A stretch of DNA of 64,000 nt from an uncultured SAR86 cluster bacterium. Lineage in GTDB: Bacteria > Pseudomonadota > Gammaproteobacteria > Magnimaribacterales > AG-339-G14. The stretch lies in the NCBI GenBank assembly GCA_902553315.1, contig CACDKN010000001.1:369884-433883 (forward strand), given 5' to 3'. Below, piece by piece: positions 1-11,278 of the stretch (position 1 is the stretch's first letter; the number at the start of each line of letters is the position of its first letter). The position numbers and the translations under genes were made by a program. The notes under the pieces are model-generated. The model was not told the DNA's origin, made no database searches, and was given only the letters and a program-made list of their open reading frames with translations.

Positions 1-1642
1 CTTTAAGCACCATCCCTTGACAAAGAAGTTTTTTAAATGGCTCTCTAATTTTAAGAAGATCAAGATCGCTCATTGCTTTACAAAAAAATCTTGAATAAAG
101 AAGGTGTAGTATTGCGTGTTCAATTCCACCTACATATTGATCAACAGGAAGCCAATAATTCACTTCGTCATCGAATATTTTGTCTTTAGATTTGTAAGAT
201 GCAAACCTTGCAAAATACCAAGAAGATTCGACAAAGGTATCAAAGGTATCTTTGTCTTTTATAAAAATTTCACCATCAATTTCCGGCTCTTCTTCTCCTA
301 TAAGAGATTCATTTAATTCAGAAAATGGAATAACTTTTTGCGGATCATTTTTTGAGATCATCATTGGTATTGGAGCCCCCCAACTTCTTTGCCTTGACAC
401 TCCCCAATTTCTTAATCTGTAATTAATTTTCTTTTTCCCAAATTTAGAAAGTTGCTCTGTAGCTTCTTCCGATTTGAGTCCATTTAAAAATTCAGAATTT
501 ATTATTGTTCCCTTACTAACCTCAGCTTCTTTAGTGATGTCTACTGTGCTGTTTTTATTTTCTATGACTTGTTTAATTTTTATTTTGTATTTTTTTGCAA
601 AATCATAGTCTCTTTGATCATGAGCTGGCACTCCCATCAACGCTCCGAAACCATAACTAAGAACATAATTGCTAACCCAAACTTCTATTTGTTCTTTTGA
701 AATTGGGTGAATCGCTTTTAATTTTAGTTTGTAACCATTTTTTTCAGTCAAGTTAGAACTAATCTCAGATGTCGACCCTTTTGAATTATTTTTAAGCCAA
801 GTTTGAAGAGCATTGTCATTTCTAGCATATTCTCTAGTAATGGGGTGATTAAAGGAAAGAGCTATAAATGTCACTCCCATAATAGTGTCAGGCCTCGTTG
901 TAAAAACCTCTATAAAACCTGATTCGCCTAAACCAAAAGTAAATTCCATTCCTTCAGACTTACCAATCCAATTTTTCTGCATTGTTTTCACTTGTTCCGG
1001 CCAACCATCAAGCAAGTCAAGATCGGAAAGAAGTTCACTGGCGTAATCTTCTATTTTGAAAGACCATTGACTAATTACTTTTCTTTCCACATCCGCTCCA
1101 GATCTCCATCCTTTACCGTCTATAACTTGTTCGTTTGCCAACACAGTTTGATCCACTGGATCCCAGTTAACCTCTGCTTCTTCTCTTACCACAAGACCTT
1201 TTTTAAACAGTTCGCAAAATAACCATTGCTCCCATTTATAATAATCTTCATCACAAGTTTTGAACTCTCTTCTCCAGTCATAGCTGAATCCTAAGGACTT
1301 GAGTTGAGTTTTCATCCTTTTAATATTTTTTTCAGTCCAATCTTTCGGAGACACATTGTTCTCAATTGCTGCATTTTCAGCTGGGAGACCAAACGCATCC
1401 CAGCCCATTGGCTGTAGAACATTTTTCCCTTTCATTCTTTGGAATCTAGAGATCACGTCGCCAATTGTATAATTCCTTACATGCCCCATATGCAATTCCC
1501 CTGATGGATAAGGGAACATACTTAAGCAATAAAATTTTTCTTTTTTTGGATCAGGAGCTACTTCAAAACAACGATTCTTTTCCCAATAGTTTTGAACTTT
1601 TTCTTCAATTTCATTTGGTTTATAAATTTGAGTTTTACTCAT
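1..1642 (-). CDS. leuS: leucine--tRNA ligase (N-terminal part; runs off the window start)
   Basis: Not in the ORF track. ATG at 1642 overlaps the accC stop. Manual translation gives [20 protein letters not shown]...[23 protein letters not shown]...[14 protein letters not shown] (HIGH-type motif). Confidence 0.95.
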   Translation of the reverse strand, partial: MSKTQIYKPNEIEEKVQNYWEKNRCFEVAPDPKKEKFYCLSMFPYPSGELHMGHVRNYTIGDVISRFQRMKGKNVLQPMGWDAFGLPAENAAIENNVSPKDWTEKNIKRMKTQLKSLGFSYDWRREFKTCDEDYYKWEQWLFCELFKKGLVVREEAEVNWDPVDQTVLANEQVIDGKGWRSGADVERKVISQWSFKIEDYASELLSDLDLLDGWPEQVKTMQKNWIGKSEGMEFTFGLGESGFIEVFTTRPDTIMGVTFIALSFNHPITREYARNDNALQTWLKNNSKGSTSEISSNLTEKNGYKLKLKAIHPISKEQIEVWVSNYVLSYGFGALMGVPAHDQRDYDFAKKYKIKIKQVIENKNSTVDITKEAEVSKGTIINSEFLNGLKSEEATEQLSKFGKKKINYRLRNWGVSRQRSWGAPIPMMISKNDPQKVIPFSELNESLIGEEEPEIDGEIFIKDKDTFDTFVESSWYFARFASYKSKDKIFDDEVNYWLPVDQYVGGIEHAILHLLYSRFFCKAMSDLDLLKIREPFKKLLCQGMVLK

Positions 1643-2982
1643 TAGTCGATGCTGAGAATATCCTTCAAGTAATTAATAGAAATTTTTCCTTCAAAAAAAT
1701 TTGGCTCTTGCATGATTATTTCTTGTAAATCTTTATTGGTCTTAATTCCATCTATGAAAAATTCTTCTAATGCAAAAGACATTCTTTTTATTGCTGACTT
1801 TCTATCATATGAGTGAGTACAAATTTTTGCGATTAAAGCGTCATAGTAAGGAGAGACCGTATACCCAGCATAAAGATGTGAATCTACCCTAACTCCAATT
1901 CCGCCAGGTGGATCATATTCTGTAACCTTACCTGGAGAGGGTATAAAAGTTTCTGGATCTTCTGCATTTATTCGACACTCAATCGCATGTCCATTCTTTT
2001 TAATGTCTTTTTGTTTAATTTTCAATTCATTACCTGCCGCTGTCTCGATCTGCAGTTTTACTAAATCAACGTTTGTAACCATTTCAGTCACTGTATGCTC
2101 TACCTGAAGTCTTGTATTCATCTCAATAAAGTAGAATTCTGAATCTTTATACAAAAATTCAAATGTCCCAACACCCTTATATTTCATTTTTTTTAAACAA
2201 TTTATGCAAAGATCAAATAATTCATTTTTTTTGTTCTCATCTAAATCCCATGCCGGAGCTTCTTCGACAATTTTTTGGTTTTTTCGTTGAATTGAACAAT
2301 CTCTTTCAAAAAAGTGAAGTGCATTTCCAAAATTATCTGCGATAACTTGAACCTCTATGTGACGAGGATTTTCAATAAATTTCTCTAAATAAATCTCATC
2401 ACTTCCGAAACTATTTAAAGCCTCTTGTTGGGTAATTCTCATACTTGATAAAAGTTCTTCTTCTTCTCTTACAATCTTAATGCCTTTTCCACCGCCACCC
2501 GCAGCAGCTTTTATGAGAAGTGGGTAGCCAATTTCATTTGCAATTTCAATTGTTTCTCTATTTGTTGCAGAAACTCTCCCGCTTCCTGGAACACATTGTA
2601 ATCCAGCTGATGTAGCCATTTCTTTGGCAGAAATTTTGTTTCCCATTATCCTTATTGATTCAGGATCTGGGCCTATAAAAGTGTATCCACTGGCCACTAC
2701 TTGATCAGCAAAATGATCGTTTTCAGCCAGAAACCCAACTCCTGGATGAATTGCATCAACTCCGGATACTTCACATGCACTTATCAATGTTGGGATGTTT
2801 AAATAGCTTTTATTTGATTGTGCTGGACCTATACAAATTGCTTCATCAGCCATTTTTACATGCTTTAGCTCTTTATCAGGTTCAGAGTAAACTGCTACCG
2901 ATTCGATTCCCATTTCTTTGCATGCCTTTAGAACACGAAGAGCTATCTCACCTCTATTGGCAATTAATATTTTTTTAAACAT
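1642..2982 (-). CDS. accC: acetyl-CoA carboxylase biotin carboxylase subunit
   Basis: [20 protein letters not shown] and [10 protein letters not shown] motifs; follows accB. Confidence 0.97.
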   Translation of the reverse strand: MFKKILIANRGEIALRVLKACKEMGIESVAVYSEPDKELKHVKMADEAICIGPAQSNKSYLNIPTLISACEVSGVDAIHPGVGFLAENDHFADQVVASGYTFIGPDPESIRIMGNKISAKEMATSAGLQCVPGSGRVSATNRETIEIANEIGYPLLIKAAAGGGGKGIKIVREEEELLSSMRITQQEALNSFGSDEIYLEKFIENPRHIEVQVIADNFGNALHFFERDCSIQRKNQKIVEEAPAWDLDENKKNELFDLCINCLKKMKYKGVGTFEFLYKDSEFYFIEMNTRLQVEHTVTEMVTNVDLVKLQIETAAGNELKIKQKDIKKNGHAIECRINAEDPETFIPSPGKVTEYDPPGGIGVRVDSHLYAGYTVSPYYDALIAKICTHSYDRKSAIKRMSFALEEFFIDGIKTNKDLQEIIMQEPNFFEGKISINYLKDILSID

Positions 2983-2984
2983 TT

Positions 2985-3452
2985 TTAATCTATGATGAAA
3001 AGGGTTTGACCGAATTCAACAGGCTCTGCATCTTCAGGAACTATTTCTAGTATAGTTCCACTAAAGTCTGCCTTAACTTCGTTCATCATTTTCATTGCTT
3101 CAATGATACAAAGAACATCCCCTTCATTTACCTTATCACCAACTTTAACAAAGGTATCTGCTCCAGGATTAGGCGCTCCATAAAAAGTACCCACCATAGG
3201 AGATTTAATTTCTTTTCCAGCAGCTACTTTAGGAATATCAGCTGGAAGATCATTTTTAACTTTATCTTCCTGTTGGTTTTCTGAACTAGTTTCTATAGAT
3301 TTTTCAACAGGAATTTGTGGAACCATAGTCTGAGTGGCAACAGAACCAGATTTAACTAATTTTACTGATTCTTCACCTTCTTTAATTTCAATTTCGTTTA
3401 AATTTGAGCTTTCTAACATCTCAATTAATTTTTTAACTTTTCTTATGTCCAT
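2985..3452 (-). CDS. accB: biotin carboxyl carrier protein
   Basis: MDIRKVKKLIE N-terminus; EAMKMMN biotinylation motif. Confidence 0.97.
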   Translation of the reverse strand: MDIRKVKKLIEMLESSNLNEIEIKEGEESVKLVKSGSVATQTMVPQIPVEKSIETSSENQQEDKVKNDLPADIPKVAAGKEIKSPMVGTFYGAPNPGADTFVKVGDKVNEGDVLCIIEAMKMMNEVKADFSGTILEIVPEDAEPVEFGQTLFIID

Positions 3453-3896
3453 CTACAAGTCTCCTATTTTTTTAATTGCAAAATTTAATGCGCTTATATA
3501 GCTTTCTTCACCTAATCCAGAAATTACTCCTAGAGCTATATCGGAAAAGAATGACTTTTCTCTAAATTTTTCTCTTCCAAATATATTGCTTATGTGAATT
3601 TCTATCATTGGTATGTCGACTCCTAAAATGGCGTCCCTCAAAGCCACACTTGTGTGAGTAAAAGCGCCAGGGTTGAAGAGAATAATTTTAACTTTTTCAT
3701 TTTTAGCAGCCTGAATTCTATCTACAAGCTCGTGCTCAGCATTACTCTGAAAGCAGATAAGCTCTTCATTAAAGTTTTGCGCATGCTGAGCAAGGCTTTC
3801 TTCAATTTCTTTTAATGATTTCTTTCCATAAATGTCCTCTTCTCTTGAGCCTAAGAGATTAAGATTTGGACCATTCAACAGGAGTATTTTTGACAT
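3453..3896 (-). CDS. aroQ: type II 3-dehydroquinate dehydratase
   Basis: LNGPNLNLLGSRE, NPGAFTHTS and EIHISN motifs. Confidence 0.96.
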   Translation of the reverse strand: MSKILLLNGPNLNLLGSREEDIYGKKSLKEIEESLAQHAQNFNEELICFQSNAEHELVDRIQAAKNEKVKIILFNPGAFTHTSVALRDAILGVDIPMIEIHISNIFGREKFREKSFFSDIALGVISGLGEESYISALNFAIKKIGDL

Positions 3897-3948
3897 TTTT
3901 AGTGATTTTATGAGATTTTAATATTAAATTCAAAGGAATTCGAAGAAA

Positions 3949-4359
3949 TTAGATGGAGATTCGTTTTGTTTCTTTATTAAAACAAATCTTATTATCGAAA
4001 CAACCCTGATATTCTAATTGAATTTGTTCATTCGAAACATAGTCAAAAGATTTAAAGCTAATAACAAAATTTTCGTCCAATATTTCTTGTTCTCCAAAAA
4101 ATTTGTCTTTTTGAATTATTGTTTTGCCAATAATTTTAAACTTGATCGCTTTACTGTCTTTTAAAATTTTTAGTTTGTTCTTATAGACATAGACGTCTTC
4201 AAGTAGAATAAAGTTTATATAATAATTATTCCCTTTTTTTGAAATATTAAAATCTATCGCCTGTTTTGAAGAAGGATAGCTGTTGCCAAAAAAGTCATCT
4301 GAACTTAATGCTAAAGAAAAAGTCACAGTAAAAATTAATAAGTGTTTTAATAAATTCAT
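3949..4359 (-). CDS. stand-alone DsbD N-terminal (alpha) domain protein
   Basis: Signal peptide, YVYKNK, DKFFGEQEI, YQGCFDNKICF cysteine pair; lies upstream of aroQ-accBC where dsbD commonly sits. Confidence 0.7.
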   Translation of the reverse strand: MNLLKHLLIFTVTFSLALSSDDFFGNSYPSSKQAIDFNISKKGNNYYINFILLEDVYVYKNKLKILKDSKAIKFKIIGKTIIQKDKFFGEQEILDENFVISFKSFDYVSNEQIQLEYQGCFDNKICFNKETKRISI

Positions 4360-4430
4360 GAATTTAAATTTTAATTAAACAAACTTCATTTAGAAGATAA
4401 AATAAAAATTATAAAACTAAAAAAATAAAG

Positions 4431-6095
4431 ATGAGCAAAAAAAGAAAATTTTCTTCTCCGCTTGTAGATGGGCCTGAACAAGCTCCGTCAAGATCAATGT
4501 TGAGAGCTGCAGGATTTTCAGATGAGGATTTTAATCGTCCTCAAGTAGGAGTGGCTTCTACTTGGTCTATGGTAACTCCTTGCAATATGCACATTAACGA
4601 TCTAGCGACTTTGGTTTGCAACTCAATTGATAAAGAGGATCTCAAATCAGTTCTTTTCAATACTATAACTATTTCTGACGGAATTTCCATGGGGACTCTC
4701 GGAATGAGATACTCTTTAGTTTCAAGAGAAGTCATTGCTGATTCGATTGAAACTGTCGTCGGCTGTCAATCTTTTGATGGAGTTGTTGCAATTGGTGGTT
4801 GTGATAAAAATATGCCAGGTTGTTTGATGGGCCTTGGGAGACTAAACAGACCCTCAATTTTTGTCTACGGTGGCTCCATTAGACCAGGTGCTAATCACAC
4901 AGATTTGGTAACTGTTATGGAAGGAGTTGGAAGCTATACTAGTAATAAGATTTCAGAGGATGAGTTAATCGCCATTGAGAAAACAGCTCTTCCTGGCCCT
5001 GGATCTTGCGGCGGAATGTACACAGCTAATACTATGGCGTCAGCTATTGAGGCGTTAGGCATGAGCTTGCCTGGAAGTAGTTCACAAGACGCAGTTTCCG
5101 AAGCTAAAAAAATTGATTGTAAAAAAATTGGAACTGCAATGAATTATTTATTAGAGAAGGATATTAAACCTTCAGACATAATGACAAAAGCTGCTTTTGA
5201 AAATTCAATAAGAGTCATAATCGCATTGGGCGGTTCGACTAATGCAGTGCTGCACTTATTAGCTATGGCACATACTGTTAATGTTCCCCTTGCTATAGAT
5301 GACTTTGAAAAACTTGGAAAAGATAGTCCTGTTTTAGCTGATTTAAGACCCTCGGGACATTATTTAATGTCTGAATTAAACGAAATCGGCGGAGTTCAAC
5401 CTTTGATGAAAATGCTTTTAGAAGAAGGACTTCTCAATGGAGAATGTATGACTGTTACAGGTAAAACTTTAGAAGAAAATTTGGATAAAGTAAAACCTTA
5501 TCCAAAATCCCAAAAAATTATTTCGCCTATTTCGTCGCCAATCAAAACAGATAGTCATTTAAGAATTTTAAAAGGTAACTTAGCCGAAGATGGCGCAGTA
5601 GCAAAAATTACTGGCAAAGAAGGAACAAGCTTTACTGGAACTGCGAGGGTGTTTAATTCAGAAGAAGAAACCTTAGAAGCAATTTATAATTCAAAAATAA
5701 ATCCCGGTGACGTAATAGTTGTTAGATACGAAGGTCCTGTTGGGGGTCCGGGTATGCGGGAGATGCTTAAGCCAACATCTGCAATTATGGGCAAAGGAAT
5801 GGGTGATAAAGTCGCTTTCATAACAGATGGAAGATTTTCTGGTGGATCTCACGGCTTTGTTGTGGGGCATATAACACCTGAAGCAGCTGAAGGAGGTCTA
5901 ATTGGACTTCTAGAAGATGGAGATCAGATTACCATAGACGCAATTGAAGGAAAAATCGACGCCAATCTTTCTCAAGAAGAAATTCTAAAAAGAAGAAAAT
6001 CTTGGTGTAATCCCAAGCCCTACAATAAGAAAGGGGTTTTGTCTAAATACGCAAGAGTTGTAAGTTCAGCATCTTTAGGAGCAATTACCGATTAA
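4431..6095 (+). CDS. ilvD: dihydroxy-acid dehydratase
   Basis: PCNMH, GGCDKNMPG, GSCGGMYTANTM, GPGMREM and TDGRFSGG motifs. Confidence 0.97.
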   Translation: MSKKRKFSSPLVDGPEQAPSRSMLRAAGFSDEDFNRPQVGVASTWSMVTPCNMHINDLATLVCNSIDKEDLKSVLFNTITISDGISMGTLGMRYSLVSREVIADSIETVVGCQSFDGVVAIGGCDKNMPGCLMGLGRLNRPSIFVYGGSIRPGANHTDLVTVMEGVGSYTSNKISEDELIAIEKTALPGPGSCGGMYTANTMASAIEALGMSLPGSSSQDAVSEAKKIDCKKIGTAMNYLLEKDIKPSDIMTKAAFENSIRVIIALGGSTNAVLHLLAMAHTVNVPLAIDDFEKLGKDSPVLADLRPSGHYLMSELNEIGGVQPLMKMLLEEGLLNGECMTVTGKTLEENLDKVKPYPKSQKIISPISSPIKTDSHLRILKGNLAEDGAVAKITGKEGTSFTGTARVFNSEEETLEAIYNSKINPGDVIVVRYEGPVGGPGMREMLKPTSAIMGKGMGDKVAFITDGRFSGGSHGFVVGHITPEAAEGGLIGLLEDGDQITIDAIEGKIDANLSQEEILKRRKSWCNPKPYNKKGVLSKYARVVSSASLGAITD

Positions 6096-6133
6096 GTGCT
6101 TTAAATAATTTAAATTTAGCCCATAATAATTAA

Positions 6134-6457
6134 ATGAGTGAAATTATTGAATTAACTGATGAGAATTTTGAGACTCAATTAAAATCAGCTGATAAGCCAG
6201 TTTTAGTAGATTATTGGGCGGAATGGTGTGGGCCATGCAAAATGGTTGCACCTGTTTTAGAAGAACTATCAGAAGAATTGAAGGATAAACTGACAATTGC
6301 AAAATTAGATGTCGATAATAATAAAGATTCTGCAATAAAGCAGAAAGTTATGAGCATTCCAACTTTGATCTTGTTTAAAAATGGAGATCCGATAGATCAA
6401 AGAATTGGTGCTTTGACTAAAAGTCAATTGAAAGAATTTTTAGAGCAACATATTTAA
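6134..6457 (+). CDS. trxA: thioredoxin
   Basis: WCGPC active site; upstream of rho. Confidence 0.97.
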   Translation: MSEIIELTDENFETQLKSADKPVLVDYWAEWCGPCKMVAPVLEELSEELKDKLTIAKLDVDNNKDSAIKQKVMSIPTLILFKNGDPIDQRIGALTKSQLKEFLEQHI

Positions 6458-6559
6458 ATATTTACTAGACCTTTATAATTATAAGTGATAGATTTTATTT
6501 GTAACTTTCAGTTGCAAGAGTAATTCCAGCAATTTTTTTCAATTTATTTTTAAAAACAT

Positions 6560-7822
6560 ATGCATTTAGGCGAACTTAAAGCCAAACCTGTCGAAGAATT
6601 GATCGGTATAGCCGAGGGAATGGGTATTGAAAATATAGCCAGATCAAAAAAACAAGACGTAATTTTTAATATTCTTAAATCTCATTCAAAAGGGGGCGAA
6701 GATATTGAAGGAGAAGGCGTTTTAGAAATTCTAAATGATGGTTTTGGTTTTCTTCGTTCACCAACTTCTTCATACTTAGCTGGTCCAGATGACATCTATG
6801 TTTCGCCAAGTCAAATTAGGAGATTTGGGTTAAAAACTGGAGATTCTATTTCAGGAAAAATTCGTCCACCAAAAGATGGAGAACGATACTTTGCTCTATT
6901 AAAAATCGACCAAATAAATTTTGAGAATTCTGACAAGACAAAAACCAAGTTAGCTTTTGAGAACCTTACTCCACTTTTTCCAGAAGATCGTTTAGTAATG
7001 GAATCGGGAAATGGAACTACCGAAGACCTTTCGGCTCGTATAATTGATTTAATTTCTCCCACTGGAAAAGGACAAAGAGGATTAATAGTTTCGCCGCCAA
7101 AAGCTGGAAAAACTCTTCTCCTTCAAAGTATTGCCCATTCAATAGAGAAAAATAGCCCAGATAGTATTCTTATGGTTTTACTTATTGATGAAAGACCTGA
7201 AGAAGTTACTGACATGACTCGATCAGTTAAGGGTGAAGTGATCGCGAGTACTTTTGATGAACCACCCTCGCGTCATGTTCAGGTAGCAGAAATGGCGATA
7301 GCTAAAGCTAAACGACTAGTTGAATCAGGAAATGACGTAATAATTTTACTAGACTCTATTACTAGACTTGGAAGGGCATATAACTCTACTCAAGCATCTT
7401 CAGGGAAGATACTTACAGGTGGAGTAGACGCCAATGCGCTAGAAAAACCAAAAAGATTTTTTGGAGCTGCAAGAAATATTGAAAACGGCGGAAGCTTGAC
7501 AATCATTGCTACTGCTTTAGTTGATACAGGATCAAGAATGGATGAAGTTATTTACGAAGAGTTTAAAGGCACAGGTAATCAAGAAATTCACTTAGACAGG
7601 GCAATTGCTGAAAAAAGAATTTTTCCAGCAATAAATATAAGAAGGTCTGGCACTAGAAGAGAAGAACTAATCACAGACGAAATGGATTTAGCAAGGACAA
7701 ATATTTTAAGAAAACTTCTTCATGAGATGGAAGACACTACAGCTACAGAATGGCTAATTGATAAATTAAGAAAGCATAAAACAAACAACGAATTTTTCGA
7801 TTCGATGAAAAAATCTAAGTAA
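6560..7822 (+). CDS. rho: transcription termination factor Rho
   Basis: [25 protein letters not shown] and [10 protein letters not shown] motifs. Confidence 0.98.
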   Translation: MHLGELKAKPVEELIGIAEGMGIENIARSKKQDVIFNILKSHSKGGEDIEGEGVLEILNDGFGFLRSPTSSYLAGPDDIYVSPSQIRRFGLKTGDSISGKIRPPKDGERYFALLKIDQINFENSDKTKTKLAFENLTPLFPEDRLVMESGNGTTEDLSARIIDLISPTGKGQRGLIVSPPKAGKTLLLQSIAHSIEKNSPDSILMVLLIDERPEEVTDMTRSVKGEVIASTFDEPPSRHVQVAEMAIAKAKRLVESGNDVIILLDSITRLGRAYNSTQASSGKILTGGVDANALEKPKRFFGAARNIENGGSLTIIATALVDTGSRMDEVIYEEFKGTGNQEIHLDRAIAEKRIFPAINIRRSGTRREELITDEMDLARTNILRKLLHEMEDTTATEWLIDKLRKHKTNNEFFDSMKKSK

Positions 7823-8393
7823 TTTTTTTTCTTAGTAATCTATAAGATTTTCTACCCATAGTTTTTTCTTTAAATATTTCGTAATCTGCGATAAGAAAAT
7901 CCAAATTTATTTTCTTTTCAGTTTCTAGATAAAAAACTGTATTTAATTTATAAATTTTTTTTTCTTCAATTAAATTAAATACCTTTTCAACAAAATTCTT
8001 TTCAAAAGGGGGGTCTATGAAAATTAAATCATATGAAAATTTAGAATCATTTTTTTTAAACCAACCTTCATAACCTTCATTAAATACATTAAAAGCAATG
8101 CGATCTGTCATATCGATTAAATTTTTTTTAAGTCTTTGAGAGGCACGAACATCCTTTTCTATAAAATCTACTTTCTTTGCTCCTCTCGATAAAGATTCAA
8201 GACCCATTGCGCCCGTTCCTGCAAAAATGTCTAGGCAGTTATAGTTTCTTAAATCGTTTCCCAACCAATTGAAAACCATTTCTTTTGCTCTATCAGGTGT
8301 TGGTCTTAATTTTGAATTAATCTCAAAAGAAATTTTTTTTCCTTTCCATTTTCCTCCAATGATCCTAATCTTTCCTTTTTCCATCTCAGCCAT
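7815..8393 (-). CDS. rsmD: 16S rRNA m2G966 methyltransferase
   Basis: [24 protein letters not shown] and DPPF motifs. Confidence 0.93.
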   Translation of the reverse strand: MAEMEKGKIRIIGGKWKGKKISFEINSKLRPTPDRAKEMVFNWLGNDLRNYNCLDIFAGTGAMGLESLSRGAKKVDFIEKDVRASQRLKKNLIDMTDRIAFNVFNEGYEGWFKKNDSKFSYDLIFIDPPFEKNFVEKVFNLIEEKKIYKLNTVFYLETEKKINLDFLIADYEIFKEKTMGRKSYRLLRKKIT

Positions 8394-8439
8394 AAATGAA
8401 TTATTATATTAACTGTAGACACTTTTTACCCAATATCTT

Positions 8440-8895
8440 ATGCAAGAAGAATTTTTATCAATTTTAAGAACTACGAAACAGACAGTGTTTATTATGTCCG
8501 CTGAGAAGAATGATATTAGAAGGGCCGTTACAGTTTCTTCAGTTACCTCGCTTTCGCTAGATCCGCCAATGATAATTGTTTGTATAAATAAGAATGCTTC
8601 AATTCATCAAATTCTAGAGGAAGGAAGAAAGTTTTGTTTGAATTTACTCAGACGCGATCAAAAAAACTTAGCAAATTTATGTAGCGGTCAAGATGATGGA
8701 GAAAAAAGATTTTCTTTGGGAGAATGGCACTCCCATGATCCAGTTTATTTGGAGAGCGCTCAATCAAATATTTTTTGTTCAATAGAGGAGCTAATCCCTT
8801 TTTCTAGTCACTCCTTAGTAATTGGGAAAGTGTATGAGCTTAATCATTCAGGAGATAAAGATCCTCTTATATATCAAGACGGAGATTATGAATAA
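8440..8895 (+). CDS. flavin reductase family protein
   Basis: TVSSVTSLSLDPP, FCLNLL, SHSLVIGKV and PLIY motifs. Confidence 0.88.
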   Translation: MQEEFLSILRTTKQTVFIMSAEKNDIRRAVTVSSVTSLSLDPPMIIVCINKNASIHQILEEGRKFCLNLLRRDQKNLANLCSGQDDGEKRFSLGEWHSHDPVYLESAQSNIFCSIEELIPFSSHSLVIGKVYELNHSGDKDPLIYQDGDYE

Positions 8896-9286
8896 ATTAA
8901 ATCTATTTTTATTTTTATTGATGTATTCAGCTTTAGTTTTTTCTAGCCCTGAGGTTTACTTTATAAGTCCCAAAAATGGAGAGGTGGTTAACAGTCCTGT
9001 GACAGTTAAATTTGGTTTAAAAGGTTACGGCATTGCTCCCGCAGGAATAAATTTTCCAGAAACTGGTCACCATCATTTATTACTCAACTTAACTGAACTC
9101 CCCGATTTAAAATCAAGCATACCTGCAGACGAAAATCACATTCATTTTGGGAAAGGACAAACAGAAACACTCTTGGAATTAAAACCTGGTGAATATAGTC
9201 TTCAGTTACTGTTAGGTGACTGGATGCATGTCCCGCATAATCCGCCGATCTTATCTGAAAAAATTAAAATTATTGTCAAAGATTAA
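8888..9286 (+). CDS. DUF4399-like secreted protein
   Basis: Start moved to ATG 8888 (MNKLN..., signal peptide). VYFISPKNG, TGHHHLL, HIHFGKGQTE and LGDWMH motifs. Confidence 0.75.
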   Translation: MNKLNLFLFLLMYSALVFSSPEVYFISPKNGEVVNSPVTVKFGLKGYGIAPAGINFPETGHHHLLLNLTELPDLKSSIPADENHIHFGKGQTETLLELKPGEYSLQLLLGDWMHVPHNPPILSEKIKIIVKD

Positions 9287-9288
9287 AA

Positions 9289-9480
9289 TCAATAGCAATT
9301 TTTGTTTTTACAAAAAATACTTTCACCGTCTTGAAAAGAATTTTCTTCAGGAATATATCTTGAACACTTCGAACACTTAACTACCTTAGTAACTTCGGAT
9401 GTATTTTGTGTAGTCTTAAGAAATTCTGCTAGCCCATAAAGAAAAGTTACGAAGAGTAAAAGAAAGAATAGGTTTAACAT
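9289..9480 (-). CDS. small membrane-anchored Cys-motif protein (PP0621-like)
   Basis: N-terminal hydrophobic segment, then CSKCSRYIP...FC; downstream of bamD. Confidence 0.6.
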   Translation of the reverse strand: MLNLFFLLLFVTFLYGLAEFLKTTQNTSEVTKVVKCSKCSRYIPEENSFQDGESIFCKNKNCY

Positions 9481-9485
9481 TTTAG

Positions 9486-10238
9486 TTAAATTTTTTCTTT
9501 GTATGCTTTCAATACTTCTTCTGCTTCTTGCGCAAGGTCTTCTTTTCCAAGTTCATTGTAAGCAATTATTGAAATTTCCAAGGCTTTGAGTACCTCTGGA
9601 GTTTTGGACATGTGTTGGATGATATAGTTAGCTCTATTGATTGCTGCTACATAAGCTTTTCTTTCAATATAATATTCTGCGATATAAATTTCTTGTTTAG
9701 CAATTAAATTTCTTAGGAAAATCATTCTTTGCCTTGCATTTCCGGCATACTCACTTTCGGGGTATCTAGTAAGAAATTCACTTAGATCATCAAAAGATTC
9801 TTTTGCTTTACTTAAATCTCTTTTGTAAGTCATATCTCCTAAAAAAGGAAGATCTCCAAAAAAAGTTTGATCATCAGTAAATTTTGCTAAGCCCTTTAAA
9901 TAAAAAGCATATGGAGTATTAGGATGTCGAGGATGCAGACTTATAAATCTATCAGCGGCAGAAATAGCTGCTTCAAATGAAGAACTTTTATAGTAGGCGA
10001 AAATTAGTTCGGATTGAGCTTGTTCTGCATACTTACCAAATGGAAATTGTTTTTCAAGCGCTTCGAGACTCAAAATTGCCGCAGCATAATTTCCTGTTTT
10101 AAGCCTGCTTTGTGCTTGATCGTATAAATCCTTTTCTATCATTTCTATCGTTACTTTTTCGCCGTCATCAGATGCACAAGAGATTACGAAAAATAATAGA
10201 ATTAAAACGTTAAAAATTTTTTTCTTAAGAAGATTCAT
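9486..10238 (-). CDS. bamD: outer membrane protein assembly factor BamD
   Basis: Lipobox-like VISC; TPR-like repeats FPFGKYAEQAQ and HPRHPN; divergent from rluD. Confidence 0.93.
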   Translation of the reverse strand: MNLLKKKIFNVLILLFFVISCASDDGEKVTIEMIEKDLYDQAQSRLKTGNYAAAILSLEALEKQFPFGKYAEQAQSELIFAYYKSSSFEAAISAADRFISLHPRHPNTPYAFYLKGLAKFTDDQTFFGDLPFLGDMTYKRDLSKAKESFDDLSEFLTRYPESEYAGNARQRMIFLRNLIAKQEIYIAEYYIERKAYVAAINRANYIIQHMSKTPEVLKALEISIIAYNELGKEDLAQEAEEVLKAYKEKI

Positions 10239-10266
10239 AATTTGGACTATTCTATCATTAGAAAAT

Positions 10267-11214
10267 ATGACTAAAACTAATAAAATTTTTGAAATTCCAG
10301 AACATCTGTCTGGTCAGAGAATTGATTCTGCCTTATCAGAAATACTTGATGAAATATCAAGATCAAAGATTAAAACTTGCCTTCAAGATGGAAGAGTAAC
10401 TGTTAATGAAGAAATCATAAAAAAAATAAGTACTAAAGTTTTAGGTGGTGAGAGGGTTGAGATAATTTTTAAAGCCGAGGAATCAGTTGACTACATACCT
10501 CAAAATATAAAAATTTCTGTACTTGATGAGCAAGACGATTTCATAGTGCTGAATAAAAGCCCTGGATTAGTAGTCCACCCTGGAGCAGGAAATAAATCTA
10601 AAACTTTACTAAATGGATTGCTTTATAAATACCCGGATTTAAAAAAATTGCCTCGAGGTGGAATCGTTCATAGGTTAGATAAAGACACTTCTGGTTTGAT
10701 GGTAGTGGCAAAAAATGAAAGGGCTTTATTAGATCTTTCCAATCAAATTTCGAATAGAACTGTTTCAAGGATTTATGATGCATTCGTTGTAGGAAATCTA
10801 AAAAAGTCAGGAAAAATAGATCTTGCGATTGGTAGACATCCTAACAATAGGCAAAAACAGGCCGTTCAGTCAAATGGCCGAGAGGCAATCACACATTATT
10901 CATTGAAGGAAAACTTTGGAAATTACTCACATCTAGAGTTAAAACTAGAAACTGGAAGGACCCATCAGATAAGAGTTCATTTAAGTCATACCGGATTTCC
11001 AATTATAGGTGACCCTCTGTATGGAAGAAAAAGAAGGTTTGCTAAGTCAACTAATAGTGAATTGAGAGAAATAATAGAGCTTTTCCCGAGGCAGGCTTTG
11101 CATGCTTCAAAGTTATCTTTTAAACATCCTAGTACTAAAAAACCTGTAAATTTTGTAAGTGAACTTCCAGAAGACATGAGAAGTCTGAAAGATAAGCTTG
11201 CGCAGCTTGCCTAA
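10267..11214 (+). CDS. rluD: 23S rRNA pseudouridine synthase RluD
   Basis: S4 domain; HRLDKDTSGL, TGRTHQIRVH and RQALHA motifs. Confidence 0.93.
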   Translation: MTKTNKIFEIPEHLSGQRIDSALSEILDEISRSKIKTCLQDGRVTVNEEIIKKISTKVLGGERVEIIFKAEESVDYIPQNIKISVLDEQDDFIVLNKSPGLVVHPGAGNKSKTLLNGLLYKYPDLKKLPRGGIVHRLDKDTSGLMVVAKNERALLDLSNQISNRTVSRIYDAFVVGNLKKSGKIDLAIGRHPNNRQKQAVQSNGREAITHYSLKENFGNYSHLELKLETGRTHQIRVHLSHTGFPIIGDPLYGRKRRFAKSTNSELREIIELFPRQALHASKLSFKHPSTKKPVNFVSELPEDMRSLKDKLAQLA

Positions 11215-11278
11215 AACTTGACTTGTTTTTTAGGGGTGTCAAAATTCGCTCCCTCAGGAATAAAATCTAACAATTGCA

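Noticed and set aside
11215-11278. ilv attenuator or leader peptide
   Set aside because: The gap is only 64 bp, with promoter-like hexamers, no Ile/Leu/Val-rich leader ORF and no terminator.
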